A stretch of DNA of 63,385 nt, the filler included, from Stramenopiles sp. TOSAG23-3 (lineage: Eukaryota): NCBI GenBank assembly GCA_900128585.1. It is 19 parts of 19 records of this genome, joined end to end, with 100 filler letters (N's around TTAATTAATTAA, not from the genome) between each part and the next. Parts side by side here need not be neighbours in the genome. Positions count along the whole stretch, not along the records: positions 40,150 to 43,386 come from LT644337.1; positions 43,487 to 46,723 come from LT644338.1; positions 46,824 to 50,058 come from LT644339.1; positions 50,159 to 53,391 come from LT644340.1; positions 53,492 to 56,723 come from LT644341.1; 14 more parts are not named here. One strand, 5' to 3'. Below are positions 42,030 to 55,179 of the stretch, in pieces. Below the pieces are notes generated by a model that was not told where the DNA came from, did no database searches, and worked only from the letters and a program-made list of their open reading frames with translations. Numbering within the stretch: the first letter of the stretch is position 1; each line of letters begins with the position of its first letter. A program made the translations under genes and the position numbers.

Positions 42030-44069
42030 GGAAATTATATTACTGTATAACACAGTCACTCCGCCTCGCATCCTCGCATCTGTTCTATATAATAAAATTG
42101 TACTTTTTTATTTACATATTTATAGCATAGAATAAATAATAAGTAGGGAACAATACTAGTTCTATGTAGATGGATCGAACAAGATGGATAAGCTCTTTTT
42201 TTTCTTTTTAATTAATAGTCTGTACCTGTAAATTTTAATGTTCTATTTTAATAGTAATTTCTATTTCGTAAGTACGTCCGTCGAACTCCTTGATTGAGGT
42301 TGGTTGTTGTTGGCTGATGCTTTTTTGCTTTGTTATATCCCCTATTCTGTCCACTTACTTATGAGTACACTCCATTTATTCGACGAATTTGGATATTTTA
42401 TTATATTACATTACATTACACATTACATTTTATTAGACTAGTGTATTATTGGCGCATTTTAATAGTCCTCCTGGAATCTGGAATAATCGGTCTAGTAGTG
42501 TGTGTACATTGCTAACCATTAATAGGCACAAAGGCGTAGGGTAGGGAGGGAGGGAGGGATAGGAATCGATCGATCGATCGATCGATCGATCGGGAACATT
42601 AACTAACTAACCATTTTTATTTTTATAAAAAACTGTCGGGTGGTGGTGGTGGATGTTTCTCTTTTAGCTATTATTTTAGAAAGAAGAAATTAATGGAAAG
42701 GAACGCTCTAAATTTTAATCGCATATTATTAAGGATATAATTACTTAAATATATGTTTATCAATTAAATTTATATACTAAATAAACTATTCAATCGTGAC
42801 ATTGATTACATATAGATTGTAAAAATACCGATAGTATATTTATAATTATACTGTAATATGTTTTACTATATATCCTTACTATACATTATTTCCTTTTTTT
42901 TAGCGAAGGAGATTTTCGGGCTCTCCTCCATTCATCAAAGAGAACCTTCATCTATACTTAATATAACAAATCATATTCTTAGACACAGAAAATACTATGA
43001 TGAAGAAAAATAGAAGATTCTAACATAAGTACTGAAGTACTAATTGGAGTATACTTCTATTATTTATACTATTTATTTTGCCCTAATATTAACACGGATA
43101 GGATTTGTTTTTTTTTAGTTCAGGCTTTATTGAACTACAGAAAAAGCGCTCTTCTTTCTTCTTTTTTTTCTTCTTTTTTTTCTTCTTTCTTCTTTTTTTT
43201 CTTTTTTTTCTTCTTTCTTCTTTTTTTTCTTCTTTCTTCTTCTTCTTCTTCTTCTTCTTCTTCTTCTTCTTTCTTCTTCTTTTTCTTCTTTCTTCTTTTT
43301 CTTCTTCTTCTTCTCTCTTCTTCTTCTTCTTCTTCTTCTTCGTTCTTCTTCTTCTTCTTCTTCTTCTTCTTCTTCTTCTTCTTCTTNNNNNNNNNNNNNN
43401 NNNNNNNNNNNNNNNNNNNNNNNNNNNNNNTTAATTAATTAANNNNNNNNNNNNNNNNNNNNNNNNNNNNNNNNNNNNNNNNNNNNGGGAGAATGGCTAT
43501 AATATTCTACTTGTAGATTTCGACGATGCTTTCTTCTGTTTACTATTTGATTATTATCATACGCTGTGTGAGGTTGGTTTATTACTATTCGCTTTCATAT
43601 ATATTAATACCTTTTTTTGTATGATGTGGGCCTATTATTTGTACAATTACCTACAATAATGACAACACCATGACAGTCGTTTAACGTCGTTTTTAAAACT
43701 ACATCATCATCCCATGCTTTAGTGCTGCTGTCCTCATAGTAGATCGACAATGTACTTTATATTTAGTCATCATAGAGCAGTTTGTTTTTTTATAACGATA
43801 TATCTGTATTACATTTATAATAGCCGTCGTCGACCATTCTCTCTTCCTGTACGTACCGTATTAATACCAAAGTAGTAATGGAATTATTAAATAATTAAAT
43901 AATAACAAAACAACAATCAGCACGCAATCATTCCCCCACGATACCAAACAAGAATGAAACTTCTCGTTCTTCTTGTTTGTTCGGTGTGGTGGTATGCAAT
44001 TTAAACCACAAAGCCGCTGCAGCAACGACCCGGCAACAAAGACAGAGACTTCAAAGGACTTGCAGCAAT

Positions 44070-46722
44070 ATGTCTTACGTGGTTGAGCCGCACGGGTCCT
44101 ATTTTATAGACGGCGGCGCGCCCCCGCCCGGACTGCAGAGCGATGCGCAGAGCGGCACTTCGAACTCGTCGGGCAATGGGGCGGCGGCGGAAGGGCCTCG
44201 GAGAAAGCACAAGAAGAAGGGCAGGAAAGTGGGCGAGGCGGCTGTGGCCGGAAAACCGGCGCGCCAAGCGAGAAAGCGAAAGAAGAAGAAGAAGAAGAAA
44301 GCGCTGTCGAAGAAACAGCTCCAAGCAATAGAAAGGTATCACTACGACGCCTGGGTCCTGGAACAGCACAAACTGTTCCAGCAAGATAGCCCCAGCGAGC
44401 AGACCCCGCCGCTTTCGAATCCACAAAGAAGGGGCAACACAAACAAGGAGTCGCCGCCCCTCTCCAGACCTGTAAATAAAAACGCCGCGTTGAAACCGGT
44501 GCCCCCAACGAGCAAACGGCCACCGAGCCCAGTGAACATAGGCAAAGGCAGAAAGAGGCGGTTGGCAGGTACGGGCGCCGACCTGCCTGCGCAGAAGGAA
44601 AACGCGGCCGAGGCGGCCAAGAGCCCTGTGCGGAGCAAGAGCACCAGCCCGAAAGAGTCCAGCCAAAAGGGGTCCGCGCACCGGCACGCGACGCGCCCCA
44701 ACATTCCCAGGCCAAAGAGCACGCAAAGTTTCAAACCCCGGGGAATCCCGTTTTCCAGGGCAAAGCAAAACGCCATGGAGCAGTTGGCCAACGAGGTCAC
44801 CACCTTGAAGAACAAGTACAACCTAATTAAGCTGAAAGCCGACGTTGCCGAGAGAGAGTTAGCGAAACGGCAGGCTCGGTACAAGGAGGACCTTGAAATA
44901 AAATTTCAAGGCATCCAGTTTGACAATTTAGAGTTCAAGGACGCTTTGTCGCCGAAGAGAGTGGTGGCGAAGAAGTTGCACCAGGTTGTGGCCGACCGGC
45001 TGGGCCACTTTCTGTACGACTTTTTCCAGGCCTCGCCACCGATCACGAAAATCGACGAGCTCGTCGAGGACATCGTGGGAGACCCGCAGAATGGCATATC
45101 GGAGGAGCTCCAGGCGCTGCTCTTCTCCGGGGCAACCATGGACGATATTCTGTGCCGAAAGAAGAAGGAGGCCGTAGAATTTTTGATCGACGAGGCGAAG
45201 CTATGGGAGCAACAGTTGAAATTCGTGATAGAGCGGGAGCGCGTCTTCAGTGCCCGCGTGGGCGGGCAGATAGAGGACTTCAACCACCACATCACCAAAA
45301 TAAAGGAGGACGTAAAGATTTGCAAAACGAACCTGGTCGATTTCAGGAGCCAGCACGACAACTGGAAAAACGACCTGGCGGAGCTCGAGAAAAAGTTGAC
45401 GAAGCAGCGGAAGCAGAACACGGCCGAAATCGAAAGCCTGAAGAGGGAGGAGCAGGACAGCGCAAAGTGGACCGCAGAAGTGGAGCAGATGTCGTCCCGG
45501 CGAAAGCGCGTGACAAAGATGTTCAAGGACGACCTTATCGCGAAGAAAATGGCCCGGGAGGCCAGGGAGCAGGACATGAAGCGGGCACTGCTGCAAGCAA
45601 AGAAAGAGCAGGAAGAGCGGCGCCTGAAGCCGTTCCGGGAGGCGGCCACGAAAATATACAATTTGACGGGCGTGAAAGACATCGACTTAATTTTGGAGAC
45701 GTTCGAGACCTGGGAAGGGAAGCAGGAGAACATGAAGGAGATGATAGATCAAAAGGAAGGGCAGATCGAGAACTACCAAGACGAGATATCTCGGTTGACA
45801 CGACTTTTGAACCAAAGCAAGGTGATCGGAAAGCCTTCTGGGGACCAGAAACGGCTGGGAACGGACGTGTACACGTCGAAATTGACGGAGGCCCTCGCCG
45901 AGGCAAACATGGGGCGCATGCGGGCGCGCACGAAATTTGTTACGAAGCGGGACGCCTTAATCGGCCTTGCGACGGCGGCGAAGAAAATGTCTCTGGAAGT
46001 TCAATTGCCCAAGCTCAAGGAGGAGGAGCTGGTGAAGTTCGTCATGCCAAAGAAGAGCCGGCGACGGTCGATCGCATCCCGCCCAACGCAGAAGCTGTCC
46101 ACGTATGACAAGGCGCGGGGGATAGAGGAAATTCAGTACGCCAGGGACCTTACCGAAAAAGTTCGGCAAGGAATCCAACCGATTCTCGACGAGATACTCC
46201 CAAAGCTGAGGGAAATCGCAAAAGCTAGGGAGAGCGCCCAAAAAGGCAAGCCTGTTGATACGCTGGAGGAGATGTCCAGAGAGCGCGAGCGCACGCTTGA
46301 CGCCAACAGGAATCTCATGGGGGCGAACGTGGACAGCAAATCGACGTCGTCCATCGACAGCAAGCGTTCGAAGGGAAGGAGAGGAAGCAAAGTAGGCAGC
46401 AAAGCACCGAGCCGAGCCTCCAGCTCTGCGAGTCTGGCGCAGAGAAGCACGAAGAGCGAGGAGAAGGCGGCAGAGGGCGAAGGCGGCTATACGGCGCAAG
46501 ATTTCGCCATCCTGAACGAGGAGATCCACGAGTTGTCGCCGTCAAAGAACGCCGAAAACATGCGGATATCTGCCAGGAAGGTCATAGTGAGCGAGTACTT
46601 CGATTACGGCCAGGGAAAGGTGCAGTATTATTACGAGTACATATCGGAAGACGAAGACGACCAAGAGGAAGGGACAGACGACAAGAGAGGCGGTGGGGCC
46701 GCCAGTGAGCTCCCATCGCATT
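44070..46722 (+). CDS. Large coiled-coil protein with outer-dynein-arm docking complex (ODAD1/ODAD3)-like segment (3'-partial)
   Basis: FREAATKIYNLTGVKDIDLILETF...ENMK...IE resembles the ODA-DC motif (EEAFxKIKEATGVxDxxE), within long heptad repeats. Confidence 0.5.
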
Positions 46723-46823
46723 CNNNNNNNNNNNNNNNNNNNNNNNNNNNNNNNNNNNNNNNNNNNNTTAATTAATTAANNNNNNNNNNNNNNNNNNNNN
46801 NNNNNNNNNNNNNNNNNNNNNNN

Positions 46824-47006
46824 AGTAAGACACGTTAACGTTGAGTGACAGAAACCACAACCAGCATTTCTTGTACATGCACTGCAATTAGAAACTTCCT
46901 CCCAATAAGATAAAGCGCTATCTGAATTGTAAGTTTCGCAGTTCCGGGCGCGCACAGCCCCTGACACAGCAGAAAACAATACAAGTAAATGAATAAAAAA
47001 ATACAT
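46824..47006 (-). CDS. Signal peptide plus PSI (plexin-repeat) domain protein, N-terminal fragment
   Basis: Signal peptide followed by NCSACTRNAGCGFCHSTLTC, a PSI cysteine pattern. Confidence 0.7.
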
Positions 47007-49211
47007 TTCGAATGAATTTTTTGTCTTTCACAACAAATCTTTTGAACTTTTTTGGAAAAACGATAAATCGAATCAAGCGACGACCTGTAACAGGAAGAAA
47101 ATTCTCTTACAATAAAACATTCATGTAACTTGACATTATCTGAGTCGAAATGTATTGAACAAATAATAATAATAAACCAAGAAAAAGTGGAAAAAACATT
47201 ATTATTAGCGAGCAGGATCTGTTGTGTGATAGGCACAATGCATCGTCTGAAGTCGTATATAATAGCAAAAAGTAAATATTATTCTACTAGTAAAGGCATT
47301 TCATCTAAAAATCATCCGTATTTTTTGCTGATGTTAGTAATACCAAGGAATAACATGAAGGATGTTGTAAGGCCGGTAATTAAATAAAGAGAAGGCCTGT
47401 AATTAGAATGTAAGAAAATGTGCTGTGCAATGGAGAGGACAATTACAGGCGTCTATCAAGTATAATACTACACGTTGCTATGCTTCCGAAGTAACCAGCC
47501 AGTGATTGAATTAAATAATTAAAAAGAATATTTTGTGTGGCGCACGCAACTTTGTAACTTTGTATTCTAGTTGAGGAAGCACACCACTAATTGCTTGTAA
47601 ATTACGAGAAAACTATTTTAAGGAAATGTTAGTCGTCTAATATAATTTCGTCCACTAAAATTAGAGAAACAATTTTTAACATCATGGAAATTCAGCTAGA
47701 GTGCCCAGCCCAGTTAATTCACTTAATAAATAGGCTAGCATAATTAATTAAAAATAATAGACGAAACAGGATTGTGTGGAAAGTTCGTTTTTTTGCCAGC
47801 GCTTCATTTTTGCCATATTTCATTCCATTCACTGGTCTTGGTCAGTTGTTCATTCAATCATATAGACGACGACTATATTTATCTACACCATACAGTAGTA
47901 GAAAACAAATCTGTTCGTTAGAAAATGTCGTTCGTAGAAATAGCCAACTATTATAATGTTGCTAAAAAAAGATGAAGTCCGAATTCCCGAATTCCATTAG
48001 TACATTTAAGGTAGACCAACGGGACAAGTGATCAAAATTTCTACTCGTTACATCAACCCGAAAATTATTTACTTGTTTTAAAAGAGATCACTACTATTTA
48101 ACTCTGGTAGATTATGTATTTTGATAGGCATATATATTATTATCATTGGGTACAGTACATAACCGGACAGTTGGAAAGAAAAAAAATGTCCTACTCAGGC
48201 CATTATTAACGATTGGTGTTTGTACTTAATACACTACACACTTCTGGCCTGATCATGCGTAGCTGTAGCGGCTCCGAATAGTCGACAAATAATGAAAAAT
48301 TAAACAAAAAGGCTCCTGCCAGGCAGGCCCCGAAGGGTCACTAATGTTTATAAACGTTTTTAGAAAACACAAATTTGCAAAAAGTGCAAGAGATTGCAAT
48401 GTACCACAATGCTATTACCTGTTATTTTCGGATATTCGACCAGAGTGCCATATCTAATTTATTCTTATTTGTGTACTTGTACTGTACATATTATACTATG
48501 TGATTAAACAATTAAAAATTTAAAACCTTAATTTTTATTTTTCTCTTGAGGAGTCCCTTCGGAGCTGGCAACGATTATGGGATATATAACTAATTTGCAC
48601 GAAGACCGTAAAAACTTCGAACAACCAAGCGCACCCATTTAAGAAGCAGGGCGTTCGTGCCACATGTTCTTAGAATATAAATGGTTACAGTTAATTGAAA
48701 ATAAAACAACCTGACAGTGTCACACTAGCACTTCTTCGACAGCAGTTATTCCTCGCTCTGTGGCTGTATTTTGGCGACCTAAAAAAACATCCAATAGCAG
48801 GACATCACTTTCCCGATTTTCGGATCTTACCAGTTAATTATTTTATTATTAAATAAATGAAAGCTATAGGTCTAATATGAAATATTGTGTAGTGGGAACC
48901 CTAAAAGTTTCCTGGTGATTTGATTTGAACATGCTTCATTGATGAACTACAACACTCCTTGACAGAATCTTGTGCCACATGATTTATTAGCCGAGTTTAA
49001 CAAACAGAGTCCAATTTGAAAGCGTTGCTTGCAGAAGTTACGAAAAAAACATTTCCAGAAGTAATAATTTTCAGTAAGAAAAAAATTCGTGGGTTCGTGT
49101 CCCGTTTGTATAAACCAGTTTTAAAACTGGTCGGGGGTTTAATTCATTGCCCGCTCAAGCGGGTACGTTAGAAAAGATTCTTTGTATACAGAAGCACTGA
49201 TACGTGTGTCC

Positions 49212-50058
49212 ATGTTTCACAAGGAGAGTGGTAAAACCCTTCTGATGGTGCTGGACAGCACTTCTTTACAACTTTTGGAAGAATATATTAAATTAGTGCA
49301 AGAAATTGATACTACAAATATGAATTCACTAGCTTACAACATTGTCCATTCTTCCAGAGAAAAGGTATTTAAGATGCTCTGCTTGATTAAGTTAGCGCAA
49401 CAGAATTCTCATAGTCGCACATTATGTTTTAAGAGTCGCATTCATTTACTAAAACTACGTCGGCAAGTATCCACGTTTATAAGTCTATCAAAAGTATTGC
49501 AGGAGGGGCATCGATATTTTACTTTATCGCGTTTTAGGGTGGACTTTGCATGTAATACACTATCTGGGGGAGCATATGAGACAATGCCACTTTGGCCCTA
49601 TGGGTATCTCGATCGGTTGTCAGAGATCAACTATGGCGTTCAGGGTGTAAGTGAACTGAGTGGTTTTAAACTAGAAGATATTTTGAAGAAGAAACTTGAT
49701 AAAGAAAAATCGTTGCTCTGGTTTGACCATGTTAAGATCATGAATTGCCGTGTGATCTTACACAAACACAATATGTTTCGTATTGAAATAAGTATCCACC
49801 CGAATAACGCAAGAGAATCATCGATATGGTACCTCCTGGCATTTCATAGTTTAGTAGATGCCAAACCGACAGCTCCTGTCGGGTCCCTGCGTACACCTCC
49901 AATGGAGAAATTTTGTAGTATGGTAAAGGAAATAAATCGCGTAATAAAAAATGCCATCGGGCGAAAACAATTGTATAACCTTTTCAAAGAACTAATTGAT
50001 TTGAAATACAACGGGAGGGAGAAAGAATTTATGGAATTGTGCGGACGTTTGATGGTGG
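49212..50058 (+). CDS. MED14: Divergent Mediator subunit MED14 N-terminal region (3'-partial)
   Basis: SREKVFKMLCLIK ~ TRQxFxRLLALVKW; FRVDFACNTLSGGAYETMP ~ YDVxxAxDVLTTGxYxRLP; RVILHKHNMFRIEISI...WYLLAFHSLV ~ GRVxFxVxxEFxxxL...WxLL. Confidence 0.6.
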
Positions 50059-50262
50059 NNNNNNNNNNNNNNNNNNNNNNNNNNNNNNNNNNNNNNNNNN
50101 NNTTAATTAATTAANNNNNNNNNNNNNNNNNNNNNNNNNNNNNNNNNNNNNNNNNNNNATTGTTCATTGGAAATTATATCATCCCCTCGGTGATTGACAA
50201 CCAACAACGAAACAAAATTACAGAATCAATTTAGGATTAGAGTATGAGGAAGCTAAATTTAA

Positions 50263-50556
50263 TTACCAAAATTGGAAAGTCTCGGACACGCTTTTAATGT
50301 GGGGAACAATAAGAATATGGAAAAACTCGAGTTACCAGCATTGAAGAAAGTTGGGCACGCCTTCAGCGCACAAAACAACGAGAATCTGAAGACCATCGAT
50401 TTGCCAAAAATGAAGAAAATTGAGCACGCCTTCAATCTTCAAGGCAACGAAAAGCTTAGAACGATCAATGCGCCACATTTAAAAGTTGGTCACGCTGTTA
50501 ATGTACATGGTGTTCCGAATGGACAAGCATTTCAAAAACGATTTAAAAGATTATAA
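50263..50556 (+). CDS. Receptor-L-domain/Ecm33-like beta-solenoid repeat fragment (possibly disrupted)
   Basis: About 22-aa repeats LPxLxxVGHAFxxxxNxxLxxI; the upstream frame is broken near 50260. Confidence 0.5.
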   Translation, partial: LPKLESLGHAFNVGNNKNMEKLELPALKKVGHAFSAQNNENLKTIDLPKMKKIEHAFNLQGNEKLRTINAPHLKVGHAVNVHGVPNGQAFQKRFKRL

Positions 50557-50604
50557 GCAGTACATTAATTTTAATTTACTTAAATAACAGCCAATTTTCT
50601 TGTT
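50557..50604 (+). promoter_or_regulatory. Copy of dispersed 3'-flank motif immediately after a stop codon
   Basis: GCAGTACATTAATTTTAATTTACTTAAATAACAGCCAATTTTCTTGTT. Confidence 0.7.
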
Positions 50605-51482
50605 AAAAGATTATGAGTAAGTTTTTAAGAAGACAAGTTGTGAGGGTAAAATATGTTGTGTACACACACAAAATATAAATAATATTTTTTTTTTCCAAAA
50701 AATTATAATAATATATAATTAAGGGTTAACCCTATATACCCTAATAGACAAAATGCAGCGGCGCACAGAACCTGGGGAACGGGCCTAATCCCTACCTGTG
50801 TCTATGAAAAATTTCACCTATTAAATTTATACATCATCATCAATGATGAGGTCACAGCACAACAACTTCGAAGTTGTTGGAAGCAAAACCTCTTCTTCTA
50901 TTATACCCCGTTTTATAATACCTAAGTTTATACAGGTACGAAGACGGTATTGTACTTTGCACGATTAGTGCACAGGGGGGGGGGGGGGGGGGGGGCNNNN
51001 NNNNNNNNNNNNNNNNNNNNNNNNNNNNNNNNNNNNNNNNNNNNNNNNNNNNNNNNNNNNNNNNNNNNNNNNNNNNNNNNNNNNNNNNNNNNNGGGGGGG
51101 GGGGGGGGGGGGCGCCGAGGGGTCCCCCCCCCCCCCCCTGTTCACTAACCGCAAAAAGTACAATATTCATACATGATAGTACGGTAACAGGTACCGTACC
51201 GGTAGTCGGTAGTGCAGTATAATATAATACCAGTATATACCAGGTACCGAAAATAGTAGTAAACAAATAAAAATTGTTTGCGTGAGTACAACATTCAGCA
51301 GACTTCAATTTTCCACCTCCAGATTTCGTCAATGTGTTCAACATCTGTGGTGTAGTCAAAGGAACCGTGTCTGAATCAAGAAACGCATGGGCAGCAAGTG
51401 CGTGTGAGCGATCGTAGCAAGGCACGAAAACGACACGCTCCCTCCGGGGATACTCTCGCGAAGGTTCACCACCCCAACGAAA

Positions 51483-52874
51483 ATGAAGCTTCCGAAGGAT
51501 CGTGGGCCAGACTGGGAGGAAGGTACACCTCCGCCGCCAATGCCCAGTGGGGGCAGTACACCAGTGGCAGTCGCTAACTTAGTGCCAGACGCAATTGGTA
51601 TTGGAGTGAAAGTACCTGACGAAGACACCCGGGGTCCACAGACCGTGGAGCCGATGGTCGTTCGTGCATCCTTACGAGAGAATGCAACGTGCATGGAACA
51701 AATGCGCTGCGGCGATGGTACAAATACCAAGTACGGCCTCTGCTGGTTCATTTGGAAATTTATTGCTCAGTGGCACCGTGCGCTTGGATTTGTGTCTGGA
51801 ACTACATGGCTGGTTGTCTACCTGGGACCATGGGATATATTTTCCTGGGGGGTTCACCCCACCAGAGACGACCCGAAGATGGAAATACGCGCGATAGACA
51901 CCCCATTATCTGTCTTTCTGTTCCCGTTCTTGGCCTTGCTTCTTTGGAACTTTTTCTACAAATGTTTGTACCTTAAGCTGCGCATTTCGGATTGTATGTG
52001 GCCAGCAATTATCCCTGATTTCGTCCATGGGGTTATCATATGGACTTGTATATCGTTTGCCATTATGAAAGAGGATAATTTGTACCGTGGGTATCGTGAT
52101 GAGTTTCAGCCCAATTATGGTCTGATTGGCGTTGGGATTGTGTCCATATTAATATCGTTTTGGGACCATGGAATCATCGCAATCATGAACAAAGCGCCCA
52201 TTTCTTCTTACGAACGGGTCGGGAAATTGTTGCACGAGAAAGCGGCAGAGCATCCAGCTATTGTCATTTCGGGAGAAGCGTATCACTACGAAACACGAAC
52301 GCGGCGGAAGAAAACAAAAAATGGCTACCGTACAGAAACGTACCAGCAAAAAGTTGTCACTGCAACGGCTCACGAAAATATGAACTTTGCTGATGTCCGT
52401 TGTTTTGGTCCCAAATTCAACGTTGGCGCGTTCAAACAACGCAAGTGGAGCGCCTTTCATTGCCTGTTTTCCGCTCGCTTCTTCACCGTGGTGGCCGACG
52501 CCGACACTAAAGCTGCTATTGCAGCCGCTGTGGGAAGCATGCGCGCTCGAATGCAAGGCCGCGACACGCATGCAAGTGCAGGCTCTAGTATTGCGGACGG
52601 ATCAATGGACCATTACGTCACCCCAGGAGACAGCGAGAACGAAACGTTTGGCATGTGTCTAAAAGTACTGTGTGGGTTGTCCATCTTGTCTGGGACCCAG
52701 TTCATCTTTTTCACATTGTTGGGTTTCATCGCTCATAACCCGGTGCTGCGGTATGCCAAAGAAATCAGTGTCCACCGTTTCACGGAAAAGGAAGACCTGA
52801 TTACAAACGATGGGGGCATGATCATCGAGCAGCCAACCCAGAAGAAGTGGTGGGAGTTACCGAGTCGAAATTAA
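51483..52874 (+). CDS. TMEM151-family membrane protein
   Basis: PAIVISGEAYHYETRTR...TETYQQKVVT.TA.E ~ TMEM151 PxIxxxAxxYHYxxRTR...ERVxTHxA; several TM helices. Confidence 0.7.
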   Translation: MKLPKDRGPDWEEGTPPPPMPSGGSTPVAVANLVPDAIGIGVKVPDEDTRGPQTVEPMVVRASLRENATCMEQMRCGDGTNTKYGLCWFIWKFIAQWHRALGFVSGTTWLVVYLGPWDIFSWGVHPTRDDPKMEIRAIDTPLSVFLFPFLALLLWNFFYKCLYLKLRISDCMWPAIIPDFVHGVIIWTCISFAIMKEDNLYRGYRDEFQPNYGLIGVGIVSILISFWDHGIIAIMNKAPISSYERVGKLLHEKAAEHPAIVISGEAYHYETRTRRKKTKNGYRTETYQQKVVTATAHENMNFADVRCFGPKFNVGAFKQRKWSAFHCLFSARFFTVVADADTKAAIAAAVGSMRARMQGRDTHASAGSSIADGSMDHYVTPGDSENETFGMCLKVLCGLSILSGTQFIFFTLLGFIAHNPVLRYAKEISVHRFTEKEDLITNDGGMIIEQPTQKKWWELPSRN

Positions 52875-53492
52875 GTTTTGAAGCCGTGGGCGACAGAATT
52901 TTATTTTACCGAACGTCACTTCTGACAGAAACGAAAATCCGATTACTGATTACACCCTCCTGACTAGTTCACTAAGAGCAAGAGAGGCAATGCCAAATAA
53001 TTTAGAAACAATAAAGGTACACTTAATATATAAATCCACTTATTTGGACTGTCTCATTTTTGTAACGGGTACCTGGTACAGGTACATTACTGTGCTCCAT
53101 AATTTAATATTTCCTTAGCAGTATTAAGAGAGTACGTAAGGCTGTAATGCTGTAATTTAGTGTAACGATAATCACATTCGTTTTTTATTCTCTTTTTCAT
53201 ATAACTCTAACGAACAACTCTAAAAAAAAAAATAAGAGAAAAGCACGAAAGTTTTGAAAATAATTTTCTTTGTATCCGTTCTTGATAATTATTTCATCTG
53301 CGAGTAAAAAAATATCATTGCAATGATCTTTCCAACGATAAGCTAACAGGATTTTGCAAATATACGAAGACTACGCTTCCCGAAACGAGCGNNNNNNNNN
53401 NNNNNNNNNNNNNNNNNNNNNNNNNNNNNNNNNNNTTAATTAATTAANNNNNNNNNNNNNNNNNNNNNNNNNNNNNNNNNNNNNNNNNNNNA

Positions 53493-54830
53493 GGGAAGAT
53501 GTGGGACCCGAAGGACGGGACGATCGGAGACGCAGCGGACATTTTGAAAGAGCACGGGCTGACGCCCATCATGCTGAAGGCTAAGGAAGGGCTGGCGATG
53601 ATCAACGGGACCCAGCTCATTACCTCCTTGGGGGCGGAGGCCTGCTCGAGGGCGCGGAACGTTGCCGTGTGCGCGGACATTGCGGTGGCGCTCAGCTTGG
53701 AGTCCCTGAAGGGAACGCCAAAGGCGTACCACCCTTGCATCCACGCCGTTCGGCCACACCGGGGGCAAGGCCTCGTTGCGAGCCGCCTCCGAGCACTGCT
53801 GACCCCGGACTCGCCGTCGGAAATTTTCCAAAACCATCGCTACGTCGGGAGCGTCCAAGACGCATACAGCCTTCGGTGCGCCCCGCAAGTCCACGGGATC
53901 GCCCATGACACCATCGAGTTCGTCGGCTCGATTCTGAGCACCGAGATGAACAGCGCCACGGACAACCCCATGGTCTTTACTGGGGAAATTTCCGAGAAGG
54001 ACATGCTTGGAAAGTACGCAGAGGACGAGGCCGAGGGTGGGGCAGGCCCGCCGGCGAAAAAGAGCCGGTCGAGCTCTGTGGACGTGAACCAGATCGAGGA
54101 CCTCTCGGAGGCGAAGGCGGAGATCAATCGGCTGCGGCGCATGATTTCCAAGGCGGAGGCTTCCTCCGAGGATGGGGGCAGCAGCTCCCCCAGGTCGGGT
54201 AAGTACAAAAAGCGAAAGTGGGGGATATACAAGCAAGAGTCAGACCTTTACTACACGGGGAAGGGCGGGTTTGTGATCTCCGGGGGAAATTTCCACGGGG
54301 AGTACCCCGCCAAGTCTTTGGATTACCTCGCCATTGGGGTGTCCGAGTTGGCCGCCATTTCCGAGCGGCGCATCGAACGGCTCTGCAACCCCGACCTGAG
54401 CGGGCTCCCAGCCTTTCTAGTGAAGAGCGGGGGGTTCAACTCGGGGTTCATGATTGCCCACTGCACTGCAGCTGCGTGCGTTTCCGAAAACAAGGTGCTC
54501 GTGCACCCTTCGTCCACCGACTCGCTGTCCACCAGCGCGGCCAAGGAAGACCACGTCTCCATGGGTGGGTTTTCTGCCCGAAAAGCGTTGGAGGTCGTGG
54601 GAAACGTGGAGGTAGTCATTGCCATTGAAATTCTTGCAGCCTGCCAAGCGCTGGAGTTCTTCAAACCTTTGAAGACAACCGCACCCCTCAACGAGGTGTA
54701 CAAGGCCGTGCGCGAAAAGGTGAAGCCGTGGGACAAAGACCGCGTCATGAACACGGACATTGAAGCTGCCCTCGAACTCGTTCGTTCCGGGGCACTCGTC
54801 AAGGCAGTGTCCCCATGGTTGAACAAATAA
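53493..54830 (+). CDS. HAL: Histidine ammonia-lyase (5'-partial) with an insertion of about 95 aa
   Basis: [46 protein letters not shown] and [13 protein letters not shown]. Confidence 0.96.
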   Translation, partial: GKMWDPKDGTIGDAADILKEHGLTPIMLKAKEGLAMINGTQLITSLGAEACSRARNVAVCADIAVALSLESLKGTPKAYHPCIHAVRPHRGQGLVASRLRALLTPDSPSEIFQNHRYVGSVQDAYSLRCAPQVHGIAHDTIEFVGSILSTEMNSATDNPMVFTGEISEKDMLGKYAEDEAEGGAGPPAKKSRSSSVDVNQIEDLSEAKAEINRLRRMISKAEASSEDGGSSSPRSGKYKKRKWGIYKQESDLYYTGKGGFVISGGNFHGEYPAKSLDYLAIGVSELAAISERRIERLCNPDLSGLPAFLVKSGGFNSGFMIAHCTAAACVSENKVLVHPSSTDSLSTSAAKEDHVSMGGFSARKALEVVGNVEVVIAIEILAACQALEFFKPLKTTAPLNEVYKAVREKVKPWDKDRVMNTDIEAALELVRSGALVKAVSPWLNK

Positions 54831-55179
54831 AATCTAAAAACCTGCATTCAATTAAGATTAAGAAGTCTTAGACCTTAAGACTTCTTTAAAAAACAAATGA
54901 TCTAATCCAGTATGCTTTAAGACTCTCATTTTATTAAGACTTATCTATCTATTTTAATATGGAGTTCCTATCTGAAATTATAACATAAAAATAGTATGGT
55001 TTTCTCTGCTGTGTTGAATTTTCAATAAAAAATTTCTTTTACGATATAATAAATTACTGCTGGATTTCTGTCGTTATACCCAATTCTTGTATTGAATTCG
55101 TGAGGTCATAGCGCAATAGAGCCAATTGTTGTTTAAGTTTAGGATAACACACAATTCGTATGCTCATCTTAAGGCTATA

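Noticed and set aside
43105-43386. Poly-Phe/Ser/Leu/Arg/Glu ORFs here and near 6900, 37100, 56600 and 57000
   Set aside because: They are translations of (CTT)n/(GAA)n microsatellites.
51180-51250. GGTAC/GTACC-rich clusters (also near 3237 and 53068) as a promoter motif
   Set aside because: They are short, low-complexity and inconsistently placed relative to genes, so they cannot be supported from this window.
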